From Vicugna vicugna (lineage: Eukaryota): DNA of 64,000 nucleotides. Positions 38,537-50,650 of this stretch are shown here, piece by piece. Below the pieces are notes generated by a model. The model did not search any database, was not told the DNA's origin, and saw nothing but the letters and a program-made list of their open reading frames with translations. Positions within the stretch are counted from its first letter, which is position 1. Each line of letters starts with the position of its first letter. The position numbers and the translations under genes were made by a program. The DNA lies in the NCBI GenBank assembly GCA_013265495.1, contig MU058718.1, positions 4,237,648-4,301,647 of the forward strand, read 5' to 3'.

Positions 38537-41289
38537 GATAAATGTGAGGACAGGAACATCAGCTGGCCCGATTTAATTCTTGGTTATAAGCAACAGAAGA
38601 CAGCCCGGCTCACTTTATCTCATCTGGGATGTTTTGGGAGGATACAGAAGAGTTCGTAAGATGAATGGGAGGGCTGGACAACAAGGCTCAGGAAATGGGC
38701 TGGAGACTAAGAGAGGATGGGCAGTAAGGACCATAGCCAAGGTCGTGCCACAGGACTGTCTGCGCTGCTCCTGGCCACAGCATGACACCATCACCACAGG
38801 TGGTTTCTGAATGATCTTTACATCTTTGCTTCACTCCCTTGATATTCAAAGTCACAGAAAGGAGGGTCTGACTGGCTGAGCCTGAATCCTACACCACACC
38901 CTGTATGTCTAGGGGAGGGAGGGGGATCACCCTTGATACAGGGTAGAGTACTGTACCTCTCCGATACTGTGCACAATGGAGAATTACCTCCAGATGGAAG
39001 GGGAGATGATGAGCAGAAAAATAAACAAACTAGACAAGTGTCCCCACGTTCCCAGCCACTTCAGGAGAACAAGAGTGTTGAAGTTCTGAAAGCTCCAGCT
39101 TTAAATGAACCACCTCGGAAATGTATTTGCCTTATTTCCTGGAATCAAGCCCTGTAAAAGCTTTGCCAGCTCATAATTTTACTTCCAGATCAATTTGTAA
39201 CCCATGACCCTGATTCTTGCCCTGTACTTGGCCCTGGATTGCTTCTTTTGTTGATTTTAGATTGCTGTAGCAATTCCCTGGCTCAGGGACAGAGCGCCTT
39301 GCCAGGCACCCGCATAAAGAACAACGTTTTCACTTTATCTCTCACCTCATCCCTCTGCCCTGATGCACGTGAGTCCTGGTGACTTCCTGGTGAAATTAAG
39401 AGGGAACATAAACTTAAGAACCACAGGGTTAGAAAGCTATCTTCATCTCTCTACTTATAAGCAGAACTGAATTCTCAGAAAAATAGGAATATGACCTAAG
39501 CTCTTCAGAGGCAGGAAAACACTACCCTCAATACATCCAACAGTAAATAAGACACTAACTGGGTCTGAAGATTCAGGAGACGGACAGAACACTTGATAAA
39601 AACGAGAAGGAAGGTGCACATAGACTGGCTCCAGATCTGCTCACATGCATGGGAGGAAGAAGCTGGCCAGGGGATCCTGCCACCGGCGGGGCCATATCGT
39701 TCCTATGGCTGTGATGGCTCCTGGCTGCTTCTCCAGCTTTGGGCGGTGGACCGAGTGAGCAGAAAGAGCCTCGGTTCAAGATCACAGCCTCGCTTACATG
39801 TGTCAGCACCGGCGGGGAACAGCCTCAGAATCTGTGTCTGACAAGACGATCTCTTTTCTAGAGTTTCCTCAGGATCCAGGATGTGACAGAGGGGACACGC
39901 GCTCTGGAAAAGGAAAAACTAGCTGAGATCGAAGGGCACGTTCAAGCCGACAGCTGTGCAACAACGAGGGCTGCAAAGCTGACAAGGTAAAAAAAACAAA
40001 ACAAAACGCTGATTAGTTCATTTTCTTTAAAAAGGAAAATGTTGGGAAATTTTAAGTAAAGGCACCATCTTTCCAGTGCTTCCTGTTCGAATTTTCCTTA
40101 ACTTGCTCACTTCATTCACTCTCTATTTCAGGGTCTTGTGTGGCCAGTTTGACCAAAGGAAGGGTCAAGTCCCCCTTGACTGTTTCTCCCTCCACTGTCC
40201 CCGCCCGCGTGTAACTGAATGTGCCAATTACTTGAGAGCCACAGCACCAGTGGCCCCAGAGCTGGCCCCTGGCCAACAATAAACAGGTTCCAGCCAGTCA
40301 TAGCTGAGGTGTGGAAAGCTACCCTGTACCCAACCCTGAGGTGCGGTGTGAGGCCAGAACAAGAGCAGGCAAGCTCCTGCCCCGTTCTGGGGATGTGTGG
40401 GGTGAGCCTGCTCTGCGCTTACCCCAGGTGAGGCTCCCACATGGGGAACCTGGGGCAGAGGTAAAAGTCTCCAAGGAAAATAGAGCAAATTTTTAGATTC
40501 TCAGGGCTCCACTGAGACACAGAAGCCTCTCCCCCTACCCCCGCTCCCTCCCCTCTTGGCTGATCCCTCTGCTAAAGAAAGAGTTCCTGCCTCAGGTAGC
40601 AGGGAGTATGGGAAAGCAGAGGACAGTGAAAGTACGTATTTGCTCCGTTTTTTAACCCTGAGGTGAAGCTAAAGCATATGGCGATTGTGAATATTATATA
40701 AAACATATACTATTGAAGTTCCTCACGACATTTTTCTAAATATTATTGAGAACGACGGAAGGTCAGGGAATGAGGTTTCTGTGTGACTCACATTTATTTC
40801 TTTCCATTTCTTAGCTGTCACACTCGTCCCACAATAAAAAGCTTTCTAGCCTATTATTACTTCAGGAACACTAACATTTCTCAGGGGACCTCCCTACCCC
40901 AAGGAGGTTTTATTCCAACTCCAAAGAAGATATAACATTCTCAAAGAGTGAGTCAATTTATCAGGTTAGTTAAGGCATAAATTACTCAGTCTTTCCATCC
41001 GTCGGATCTGCCTGGATCTGCATAGATTTGCTGTCTTAGACCAAGTTGTCCATCTGAAGGTGAGCCTTCAGCCAGTCGAAATTCCCAGGACGAGTTTTAC
41101 AAGCAGTGCTGGGGACCCTCTGGCTTCCATGGCTTTTGGTAGAAGTTGTTGGCTCTTGTTTTAGGGTTCAGAAGGAAGTGAAGTGAGTGACTTTGATTCC
41201 AAAATGGAAATGTGATGGATGAGTTCCACAAGATCTACATACACCCTGTATTTTCATTTATAAAGATGTTCCCAAACTTCACCAATGTT

Positions 41290-41965
41290 CCTTTCACGCT
41301 CAGCAGATGACCCAGGCCCCTGCTTCGTGATGAAGGGAAAGGGTATCAGAACTGATAATTCCCTCTGCGTCTCTCCTTTCTGCTTCATAATTTAATTTTC
41401 ACTCACCTCCTTTCTTCCAACTGAAGGAATGTGTACCGCCTCCAAGATCCACATAGCGCCTCTGATACTGTCCCCACCACCTGGAAACTGCAAACCATCA
41501 ACAGGCCCCATCCTCTGTCTTTCTTCAATTTCTCCCTCGCCAGTAATTCCTCCTGCCCCGCCCTGAGAAACATGGTCTATGCTCTCCATCCCAAAAAACT
41601 TCTCATTTCTACTTCTGACCTTCTCACTGCCAATCTCCTCAAATGCACTGCCCTCCTCTCCTCGCTGACATACCTCACTGACTGCACTTAAGACCAGCCT
41701 TTTTTCAACTGACACTGTCTCCTTTGGATGTTTACATCTATTCTCATGGTTTCACATGTTACTTAGAAACTGATCATTCCCAAGATCTGTCTTTAGAAAA
41801 CAAACCATTTCTAACTGCGTATTGGCCATATCCACCTGGGTGTATCACCCTGAACTCTTGTCTGAGTTCCAAACCATTTCTAACTGCGTATTGGCCATAT
41901 CCACCTGGGTGTATCAGTGGCACCTAAATAAGTAAGTCAAATCCAAACTTATCCACTGTCTAATC
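41290..41965 (+). mobile_element. L2 LINE remnant
   Basis: Pyrimidine-rich decayed L2 motifs (TTCTCATGGTTTCA, CCCAAGATCT...CTGAGTTCCAAACC...ATCCACCTGGGTGT). Confidence 0.6.
41801..41916. repeat. identical 47-bp direct repeat with a 22-bp spacer
   Basis: CAAACCATTTCTAACTGCGTATTGGCCATATCCACCTGGGTGTATCA at 41801-41847 and 41870-41916. Confidence 0.95.
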
Positions 41966-43498
41966 TCTTCTCAAATCCACACCCCCAGAAAATGCCTGAA
42001 TTTTATCAACCTAAGAGTTATTTTCAAATATCAGAAGTTCCATAAACCAGAAAAGGCTACATACATTTAATAATCCCCCAAATGTAGAGGAATACGGGGG
42101 AAATCTGTGATACCCATAAAAACAAACAAGCAAAAAAATGAAGAATAACCTAAAAGATTATTGAATTAAAGGAGTATAGACAAATGTATTAAAGTAGTGA
42201 ATTAAACTGGTGTCTTACAGACAACTGGTGAAGCTCAGATAGTGAATAATTAAGAAGTCATTAACTGACAGTACTTGCTTGGATTTAATTTGCTTAAGCC
42301 TACTATTTCCAACTGGAAAGATCAAAGGACGTCATTACCTGGAATGTGGTATCACTGTTGGCAAAGTGGATTTGCCTGCTGGCAGCCTACATGGCAGGAA
42401 AGTGTGTTTCTAGAAGAAAAAGGAAAGTGTGTTTCTAGAGGAAAAATAAATGTGATTTGCAGCTTTCCATGCTCACTTATGGTAAGAGCAGACACCATAG
42501 TAAGCAAGCCCTAGAAATACCAGGGGAAAAAGCCAGGAGGAGAAGTTGGGTGTCAAAAAGATCTTCAAGTACCCCATATGCTAAACAAAGTTACACGCAT
42601 TACAAACTATAGTCACTTTCTACAAGTAACTCAGAGATATAAGGGAACTGGATTCTAATCAATATTCGTCAGTCCCCAGCTCTAATGTGTATATTATTCA
42701 GTGCCCTTTGGCAAATGCCTTAAATTTTCTGAGATGAGTTCCAGATCTAAAAAAAGGACTGTCTCAGTTAAAAATCACTTGACACAAATCCAGCTCCAGC
42801 TCAAGAAAGATAGGTAAGCGTTCAGAATTCCCCATCCTGCCAACTAATTTGTCAAACGTTCAAATGTAGCTTTTCAGTTGCCAAAAAATGAAATAACATG
42901 AGCTTACATTTCTAGGAAATATCAGATGAGGCAACTTGGAAAATCCACCTGCTGTGCCTATGCCTGAATCGACAACAATAAATGGTCCGTTTTTCTCTGG
43001 CAGTTGAGTTCTCCTGAATTAATCTTGTTACAGGATGAAAGCCCGAAAGTAAATATGATGAATCACTTCTTCTACCGCGCCTGCTCGTGGTGCTAGCATG
43101 CTCCCCACTTTCTCTCCAAAACCGCTCTAGCAAGAAGCCAAGCAACTGAAGCAAAGTGTGATCAACAGATGCTCGCTTCCATAATTGGCACTTTTCCAAC
43201 AGCCAGCCCCAAATCTAATGAGCCACTTATCTGAAGCAGAGAAGCATTTCTACAGCACTCTCGTAACCTGTGCTCACTCTTTCCTCTGGTCCGTGCCCCA
43301 GCCCTAAGTGCCTCCTCACCCAGCAGCCTTTGAAGCACACGTATGAAGAACAGGATGTGTGCTAAATCTTACTGCAAATAAACAGCTCTCTGAAAGTGTC
43401 CATGAGATTGTCTACTAGAGGAAAAGAATAATATTCCACTGAACTGAAGACCACATTTGGTACCTGGGAAGTACTTGGAAGTGAAGCTACACGTGAAT

Positions 43499-43623
43499 CT
43501 CAGTACTAGTGGGTCAGCGTTTTCCCTGGTTTAACTCACAACTTATCTACTGTGATCTGCCCCGCACTGGACTCCCTCCCACCCGCAGCTGGATCCCAGA
43601 GGGTCCCAGTGGCTGCATTCATT
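43499..43623 (+). repeat. 125-bp diverged direct repeat, copy 1
   Basis: Ungapped match to 46163-46287; 23 mismatches by hand count. Confidence 0.9.
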
Positions 43624-43889
43624 CAATACCACCTGGGCAGTACCCCACCCCACACTTCACTCTGCTGATCTCATATTCAATGACTTCTATCATAGCTCCA
43701 AATCTCTTGGAACAAAGAAACTGTCTATACCCAGTCCTCTTGACAACTATCTGCTATAAGACAGGGTTTCCAGGAACTCATATGACTTCACAGTCACCTC
43801 AAGGGTTCCTGTTGGCTCAAGGGGCTGGTGTCAAGCTAACACAGAAAGTATGGGTGCCCGTGGGATACAGGCAGATGGTGAGGGGAGGT

Positions 43890-44345
43890 TAGGCAGAGGA
43901 CTACCAGCCGTAGCTCTGTTCCTCTTGCCCGTCCAGCATCCTTTGCCCTGTTTGCTCAGAGCAAAACTCCTCTCGGTGGTGGTGAGCACAGCTATGTGGT
44001 TCAGTCAGCTGACCCTCCCCACTTCTCTCACAGGGCACCCCAATCCCTCCAAGGCCACAGTGCCCAGGAGAAAGCTGGACCTGTGACCCCAGTCAGGGCA
44101 ACCTGCGGAAATGTGGGTTCTCAGAAAAGGGTTTCTCCCTGGTCACTGAGCTAAAAGAACGTGAGTCTTGCTCACCCCTGGGAGAGAATCTGTCTACCAG
44201 GTAGAGGCAGGGGCCTTCCCAGACCACACCATTTGAGTCTTGCATCCAGCCCTGCCTGGAGCCTGGACTTCACGTCCAGGAGCTAATCCAGCCCCATGAT
44301 TGCTTAAGCTACACGGGATGCGGCTCTGTCCCTGAAAGCCCCCTG
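43890..44345 (+). mobile_element. degenerate MLT1-type MaLR LTR
   Basis: CATTTGAGTCTTGCATCCAGCCCTGCCTGGAGCC...GGACTT...TTGCTTAAGCTA. Confidence 0.5.
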
Positions 44346-44746
44346 CTCATGAACACCTTACCTCATCCCCAGCTTCTGCCTAACTTATTTAGGTGATTAT
44401 CTTCCTTCCTTTTGTGGGCTTTGCCTAAAATTCTCCATCTCTTCCCCTCCAGCCCTTTAAACTCAGCTCAGAATCTAACTCTTAAAGGGACACTTCCTAT
44501 ATTAACCTATACCTTCCAAAGCCGTCTTGCCTTCGATGTGTGCATCCCTGGATACATTTCACCCCATAAGCACATTCTCAGTGTTTCCATAAGACCCATT
44601 CTTGCTGTATCACTGTTCTTTAACCAAGGGGTTTAAATAGTGGGAAAAAAAGAGGAGGTCCTCATTTTAAAGTGTCCTATCTATTAAAAATGAACTTCCA
44701 TGGTGAAATTCCAGTGAGGCTCCAGTGTGTGCATGTGAGGTTTTTT

Positions 44747-45682
44747 GGCTTTTTTTAATTAAAGTATAGTTGATTTACAATATTGCATTAGTTTCTGATG
44801 TACAGCATAATGATTCAGTTATATATACATATATATATATGTGTGTGTGTGTGTTCTTTTTCAAATTCTTTATCATTATAGGCTATTACAAGATATTGAA
44901 TATAGTTCCCTGTGCTATACAGTAGTATTTTGTTGTTTATTTATTTTATATATAGTAGCTAGTATCTGAAAATCCAAAACTCCTAATTTATCCATCTCCC
45001 CCTTCCTCTTTGGTAACCATAAGTTTGTTTTCTATATCTGTGAGTCTTTCTGTTTTGTAAATAAGTTCATTTGTGTCAATTTTTTTAGATTCCACATATA
45101 AGTGATATCATATGATACTTGTCTTTCTCTGTTTGACTTATTTCGCTTAATATGATAATCTCCAGGTCCACCCATGTTGCTGCAATTGGCATGATTTCAT
45201 TCTTTTTCATGGCTGAGTAGTATTCTGTTCTGTAAATATACCACAACTTCTTTATTCAGTCATCTGTTGATGGATATTTAAGTTGCTTCCATGTCTTGGC
45301 TATTGTAAATAGTGCTGCTGTGAACATTGGGGTGCGTATATCTTTTCAAATTAGAGCTTTCTCCAGATATAGGCCCAGGAATGGATTTAGTGGATCATAT
45401 GTTAAGTCTATTTTTAGTTTTTAAAGGAACTTCCATACTGTTTTCCATAGTGGCTGCATCAATTTACATTCTCAGCAACATTGTAGGAGAGTTTGCTTTT
45501 CTCCACACCCTTTCCAGTATTTATTATTTGTAGACTTTTTGATGATGGTCATTCTGACCAGTGTGAGATGATACCTCATGGTAGTTTTGATTGGCGTTTT
45601 TCTGATAGTTAGCAATACTAAGCATCTTTTCATGTGCCTATTGACCATCTGGATGTCTTTGTTGGAGAAATTTCTGTTTAGG
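44747..45682 (-). mobile_element. 5'-truncated L1 flanked by a ~155-bp direct duplication
   Basis: T-tract, antisense 3' UTR and ORF2 end; flanks 44588-44746 and 45683-45837 are homologous. Confidence 0.95.
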
Positions 45683-45849
45683 CATAAGACCCTTTCTCAC
45701 TATATCACTGTTCTTTAACCAAGAGGTTTTAACTTGTGGAAAAAAGAGAAGATTCTCATTTTAAAGTGTCCCACCTATTAAAAATGAACTCCTGTGGTGA
45801 AATACAGTGAGGATCCAAGGTAGGTGCCTGTGTTTTTAAATAAATGCTA

Positions 45850-46030
45850 GTATTTGAAAGCATATTGTACGCCAGGCAGTGTGCTGATCACGTTAGACGC
45901 ATTTTTTCATTAATCATTCCAAAACCCTTATCTGCTAGCCACTTATAGCTCCCATTTTAAAGAAGAGGTATTAAGGCTTCAAGAGGTTAAATAATCTGCT
46001 CAAGGGCACACAAGTGGCAGGCTTTAGTCC
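45850..46030 (-). mobile_element. MIR SINE
   Basis: CCCATTTTAAAGAAGAGG...AGAGGTTAAATAATCTGCTCAAGGGCACACA. Confidence 0.65.
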
Positions 46031-46162
46031 CTGCACTGACTGAATCTTCAGACCCTTCTTACCATCCCTCACCCCACCCGCACGCCAGGGAGCTGGGAGT
46101 GGACATTTGCCTCCTGGGAACGCCCCAAGAAGGCTGCCTTTGGAGTTGCTCTGTAACAGTAA

Positions 46163-46287
46163 CTCAGTACTAGCTTGTCAGCGTTTTAACTGGGTTAACT
46201 TACAACTCTTCTCCCGTGACCTACCCAGCATTGGACCCCCTCTAACCCACAGCCAGATCCCAGGGGATCCCAGTGGCTGCATTCATT
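46163..46287 (+). repeat. 125-bp diverged direct repeat, copy 2
   Basis: Ungapped match to 43499-43623. Confidence 0.9.
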
Positions 46288-47212
46288 GACTATGGCCCTA
46301 GCAGCTGTAAATTATTTATTTTATTGATAGCATTAATATCCACTTTTAGACTTAAACAAAATAGCCTTGGTTATTTTGCCCCCAAGTCCACAACAATTCT
46401 AAAGGAGTAAAAACTTAGAAATGACTGTGAGGTGGAGGCTGAGCCCAGAAAACAGTGATTAATGACTGGGAGAGTTAGAAGGAGCCTGAAAAACTGTTAA
46501 GGAGGGCAACACGGGAACTGTAGATGTGCCCAGAGTCTAAGCTTCCCACAGCTCTTCATTGCCTGTTTCACAGCCGGCCCTCAGAGCAAGGAGCCCAAAC
46601 TCTACGGACCCTAAAGGGCACAGCATCACATAAAGGGGGTCCTCCAGGGCACCGGGGGCAGTGTATAGCCCTGCAGAGTTGGCAAACATGTGAATCTACC
46701 AAAAAGCTTATGTAGGGATTAAGTAGATATTCTTTTTATGAATATGCAATCATCAAACTATCTTTACAAATGTTTAGTTCATCTTGGCTCTTCCCTAGTT
46801 GGTGGTTTTGAGCCCAGGAATCACATCTAATAAATCTAACTTCATAATATGTCATATAGAGCTTAAAGCCCAAATGTATTTATTACATAGGTAATGAATT
46901 CCATGTCTTTCTGTGATGAGCCAATTGTCCATCCTTATTTTAGACACAGTCCAATTTGTAACTGTTCTGTTTTAGATATCATTCCAGAGAAATCATTCCC
47001 TGAAACTTAAATGATTAACTTACAGAAGGGCACCTCAGTCCTTTCCTCAGCCCCCCATACTTTTACTTGGCCACGAATCCAACAAATCCAAGCAGACTAG
47101 AACAAGAATAAGAAAAGCAGGGAGAGCATTTTAGAAACAAGCACACTGACTGGGACAAGCGGTGAGAAAAAAGAGAGGGGAGAGAAAATCTGTATCAAAA
47201 GTAAGCATACCA

Positions 47213-47542
47213 GAGGAGACTGCCAAGATGGCAGAAGGACACATAGCTCACCCTCTCCCACCAACACACCAGAAATTACATCTAAATACAGAACAATTCA
47301 TGCAGAATACCTACTGAACTTTGGCAGAGTATCTCTTACTTCAGAAATACAAGAAAATCCTCACAAAACCAGATAAACAAGTTTTTTCCATATCCCTGGG
47401 AACTATATTCAATATCTTGTAGTAGCCTACAATGAAAAAGAATATGAAAATGAATATATATGTATATGTATAACTGAAATATTATGCTGTACACCAGAAA
47501 TTGACACAGCAGTTTTAAATGACTATACTTCAGTTTTTAAAG
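47213..47542 (+). mobile_element. internally deleted mini-L1: 5' UTR start fused to 3' UTR end
   Basis: GAGGAGACTGCCAAGATGGCAG...ATACCTACTGAAC (L1 5' end with YY1-like site) joined at 47372/47373 to ATAAACAAG...GACTATACTTCAG (L1 3' UTR); TSD AAGTAAG(C/T)ATACCA at 47199-47212 and 47543-47556. Confidence 0.8.
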
Positions 47543-47673
47543 AAGTAAGTATACCAAAAGAATCCACTGAAAGTTGACAATGGTTATTTCAGAAGAGGAA
47601 GAAATCTCCACCCTCCACCTTCCACTCCCATCTCTACTCCACAGATGCTAAAAAGTGATATTTTTTCAAGCTT

Positions 47674-48230
47674 TGTAGGACTCTGGCAGCCAGCCCCCAA
47701 GGTGACCCCAGTGATTCTTGTCTGGTGGTACTCACACTCTTGTGTAGGGCCCTCCCACAATGAATAGGCCTGACTTGTGTAGACAATAGCATATGTGGAA
47801 ATGATGGGATGTGACTTCTGAGGCTAAGTCATTAAAGACATTGCAGCTTCCACTCTGCTTTCTTATGAATCAGTGGACCTGAGGGAGGCCAGTTATTATT
47901 ACGCTGTGAGTTTATACAAGCAGCCCTATGGAGAAACCCATGCGATGAGGAACCTAGGCCTCCTGCCAACAGCTGGCACCATCTTCCCAGTCATGAGAAT
48001 AAGCCACTTTGAGAGTGAATCTTCCAGCCCAGGCAAGCCTTCAGATGTCTGCAGCCCTGACCAACATCTTGACTACAACCTCGTGAAAGACCTTGAAAGG
48101 CCCCAGAACAACCCAACTAAGCTTGTCCTAAATTCTTGGCCCATAGACTGTGAGAAGATAAAAGTTGATCATTGTTTTAAGCCATTCAATTTTAGGGTAA
48201 TTTGTTATGCAGCAGTAGACAACGAATACA
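47674..48230 (+). mobile_element. MLT1E/F-like MaLR solo LTR
   Basis: TGT...CA ends; CAAGCCTTCAGATG, TTGTTTTAAGCCA and GTTATGCAGCAGTAGACAACGAATACA. Confidence 0.85.
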
Positions 48231-48990
48231 AAACTATTTAACTCTACACTATATATAACTCTGATTTAAAAAATTCAAATCTGTCGTATGTACTATTTTC
48301 ATGTATCTTCTGGAATCCTTAACCAATGCCAAAATTCAAGACTGTGGACAAAACTATGGGTTGTAAGGCCAGCTTGTATATACAAGAACCAAACATCTTT
48401 AGACCTTCTTCTGACATATCAGTACTTAAATCCCAAGAGAACAGTGAACCAAGGACTCTTATTTGGTCCTTTAGTTCTACATTTCATGTTTTAGTTTCGC
48501 TTCAGCCTAGCCAAGTATGCATACGTAAAGGATGTGTATGCGTGTTGAGTGGGTGGGCAGGGGATGTCTATGTGCTTCTATGTCCATGATTGGAGGGAAA
48601 AGATGAGGGTTTAAAAGTATATGGTTCAATCCCAGCTTTTGGCCCCCCCCCAAAAAAAGTACAAAAGTAGGTTCATTAAAGAAAATTAAAACAGAAAAAA
48701 TTTACTTGACATCCAGGCCCTAGCTGAACAGCAGTTCACACTACTGTTTACTTCCCTCGCATCCCTTTGCCTACCCAGGCTTGCTCGTTTGTACAGCACT
48801 AGGAGTTCCTGACAATGACAAAGGATGCATCAGTGTTCAAGTCTCACCTTGACCATCCTACCAAAAGCTTTGCTTGGCTACATTTTTTCTTTTAAGATTC
48901 CTTCTCAAAGTACAGAAATTAGTTTTTGAAATGTGTGTATAAATATGTATAAAGTGCACTTTAGTAAAATACTTTACCAGCACTTTTCAG

Positions 48991-49032
48991 CACTTCCTGT
49001 GTATACCACACCAGAGCAGCTGTTTCCGGGAA
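48991..49032. promoter_or_regulatory. ETS/RUNX/E-box/STAT motif cluster (candidate enhancer)
   Basis: CACTTCCTGT, ACCACA, CAGCTG and TTCCGGGAA within 42 bp. Confidence 0.35.
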
Positions 49033-49339
49033 TCCTTAAGAAGAGAGTTTCCGCCCTTAGCATCTAAATCTTACTTTGTACTGCTACTCGGCTAACATCA
49101 AAACTCATTTGTTTTATTGCAAGCAAATGGCCATATTGTTCTGATCAAGTAGATGATTTTCTAAAAATTTAGATCCTCCCTTATTCTATAATGCATAGAG
49201 ACTTCGAACAGAATCTCTGTGTGTATAAAATTTTGTTTTATTTCTAGTTTTCACCTCACCGTTGGAGACAGGAAATATCAAGCTGGCTTAAATAGAATCA
49301 GGTCAGACGCTTCTGTCTTCAGGTAATAACAAGAAAACT

Positions 49340-49560
49340 ACTATTAGTTTAGGGCCTACATTGTACTTAGCATCTTACATAGATTCTCTCTAAGCCTTAC
49401 AACAGACTTAGAAAGTAACATTAACCCCATTTTACAGATAGAAAAAAATGTGATTCAGAGGGGCTAAGTAATTTGCCCAAAATCATCCAGTTTGTAAGTC
49501 CTGGAGCCTGGATTGGAAGCTCAGTCTTTAACTCCAAAGTCGTTTTTCTTTTCATAGCAC
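49340..49560 (-). mobile_element. MIR SINE
   Basis: CCCCATTTTACAGATAG...AAGTAATTTGCCCAAAATCA. Confidence 0.7.
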
Positions 49561-50434
49561 CACCCAGACCTATTAAACAGAGCTGTTATTTTCCATCTGA
49601 CCCCCTGTTACCTGCACCAAAATAGCTTTAAAGGTCCTTGTCCTCCCACAAGAAAACTGAAACACCTCATGAGGAGCAGCAAGCCGAGGCCTGGGCGCTG
49701 GAGGTGGGTGCCGTGGAGGGGCTGCAGAGCCACAACCACAGGCTCACTCAGCCGCCTCCACAGACGGAAGTGGAGGCCAAACGCCTTCCCTAGAGTGTTT
49801 AATTGTTAAAAAATTCATAAGTTCTTCCTAAAAAAAGAAGGGAAAAATTATACTCACAAGAGTTAAAATAGTCACAGAACAAGTCAGACACCGTAGCTTA
49901 ATCTTATCACTTAATCACTTTCATTTTTTTTTCTGGATGCTTATTTCCCAGGCCAGCAATTTTTATTTGCTTAGAGTCACTAGTTGACTTTTTCCCTTTA
50001 GAAGAAGAAAAAGTCCATTTTCTTTGATGTTCAGTATGTACCTATCCATTCCTTGGCGTTCAGTACCGTACGCTTCCTTCTCTGTAGTTGGGATGAGGGG
50101 TTTGAACACTCCCACTCTGAAACAGTGTCGTTAACTATTCAGATTCCACTGCCTGCTAATGAGCACCCCCGGGCCAAACGCTGTTCTTGGAGATTTGAGG
50201 TGCTTGCTTTCTTGAATGCAACTTCCTGTCTGGCAGATATTGAGGTTAGGGTTCATGTTTGGTGTACCTCCTTCACACACAACTTCTCTACTCACTGACT
50301 TGTTTCAACAGTGGTTTCTGAACACCTACTAAGCACTAGGCTAGTTACTCTCAGTGTAGTTAGTCAGTAGCTGCTACTCTGCTGGTTTGGCTGCAGGTCC
50401 AGGGAGTAAATGAATAAAATAATGCTTGTCATGA

Positions 50435-50650
50435 TAGCTAACACTCACATGCTTAATGTGAACCAGGCACAGTTCAAAGTGCTTTACGTATGTTAACCCA
50501 TTTACTTCAACATCTACCTTCATTTTACAGTTAAAGAAACTGAGGCACAGAGAGGTTAAGAAACTTGCCCAAGCTCACACAGCTTGTAGAACTAAGATCT
50601 GAAACCAAGCAGTTGGACTCCAAGTCCACATTCATAAACACTGTGCTACA
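50435..50650 (-). mobile_element. MIR SINE
   Basis: CATTTTACAGTTAAAGAAACTGAGGCACAGAGAGGTTAAGAAACTTGCCCAAG. Confidence 0.85.
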
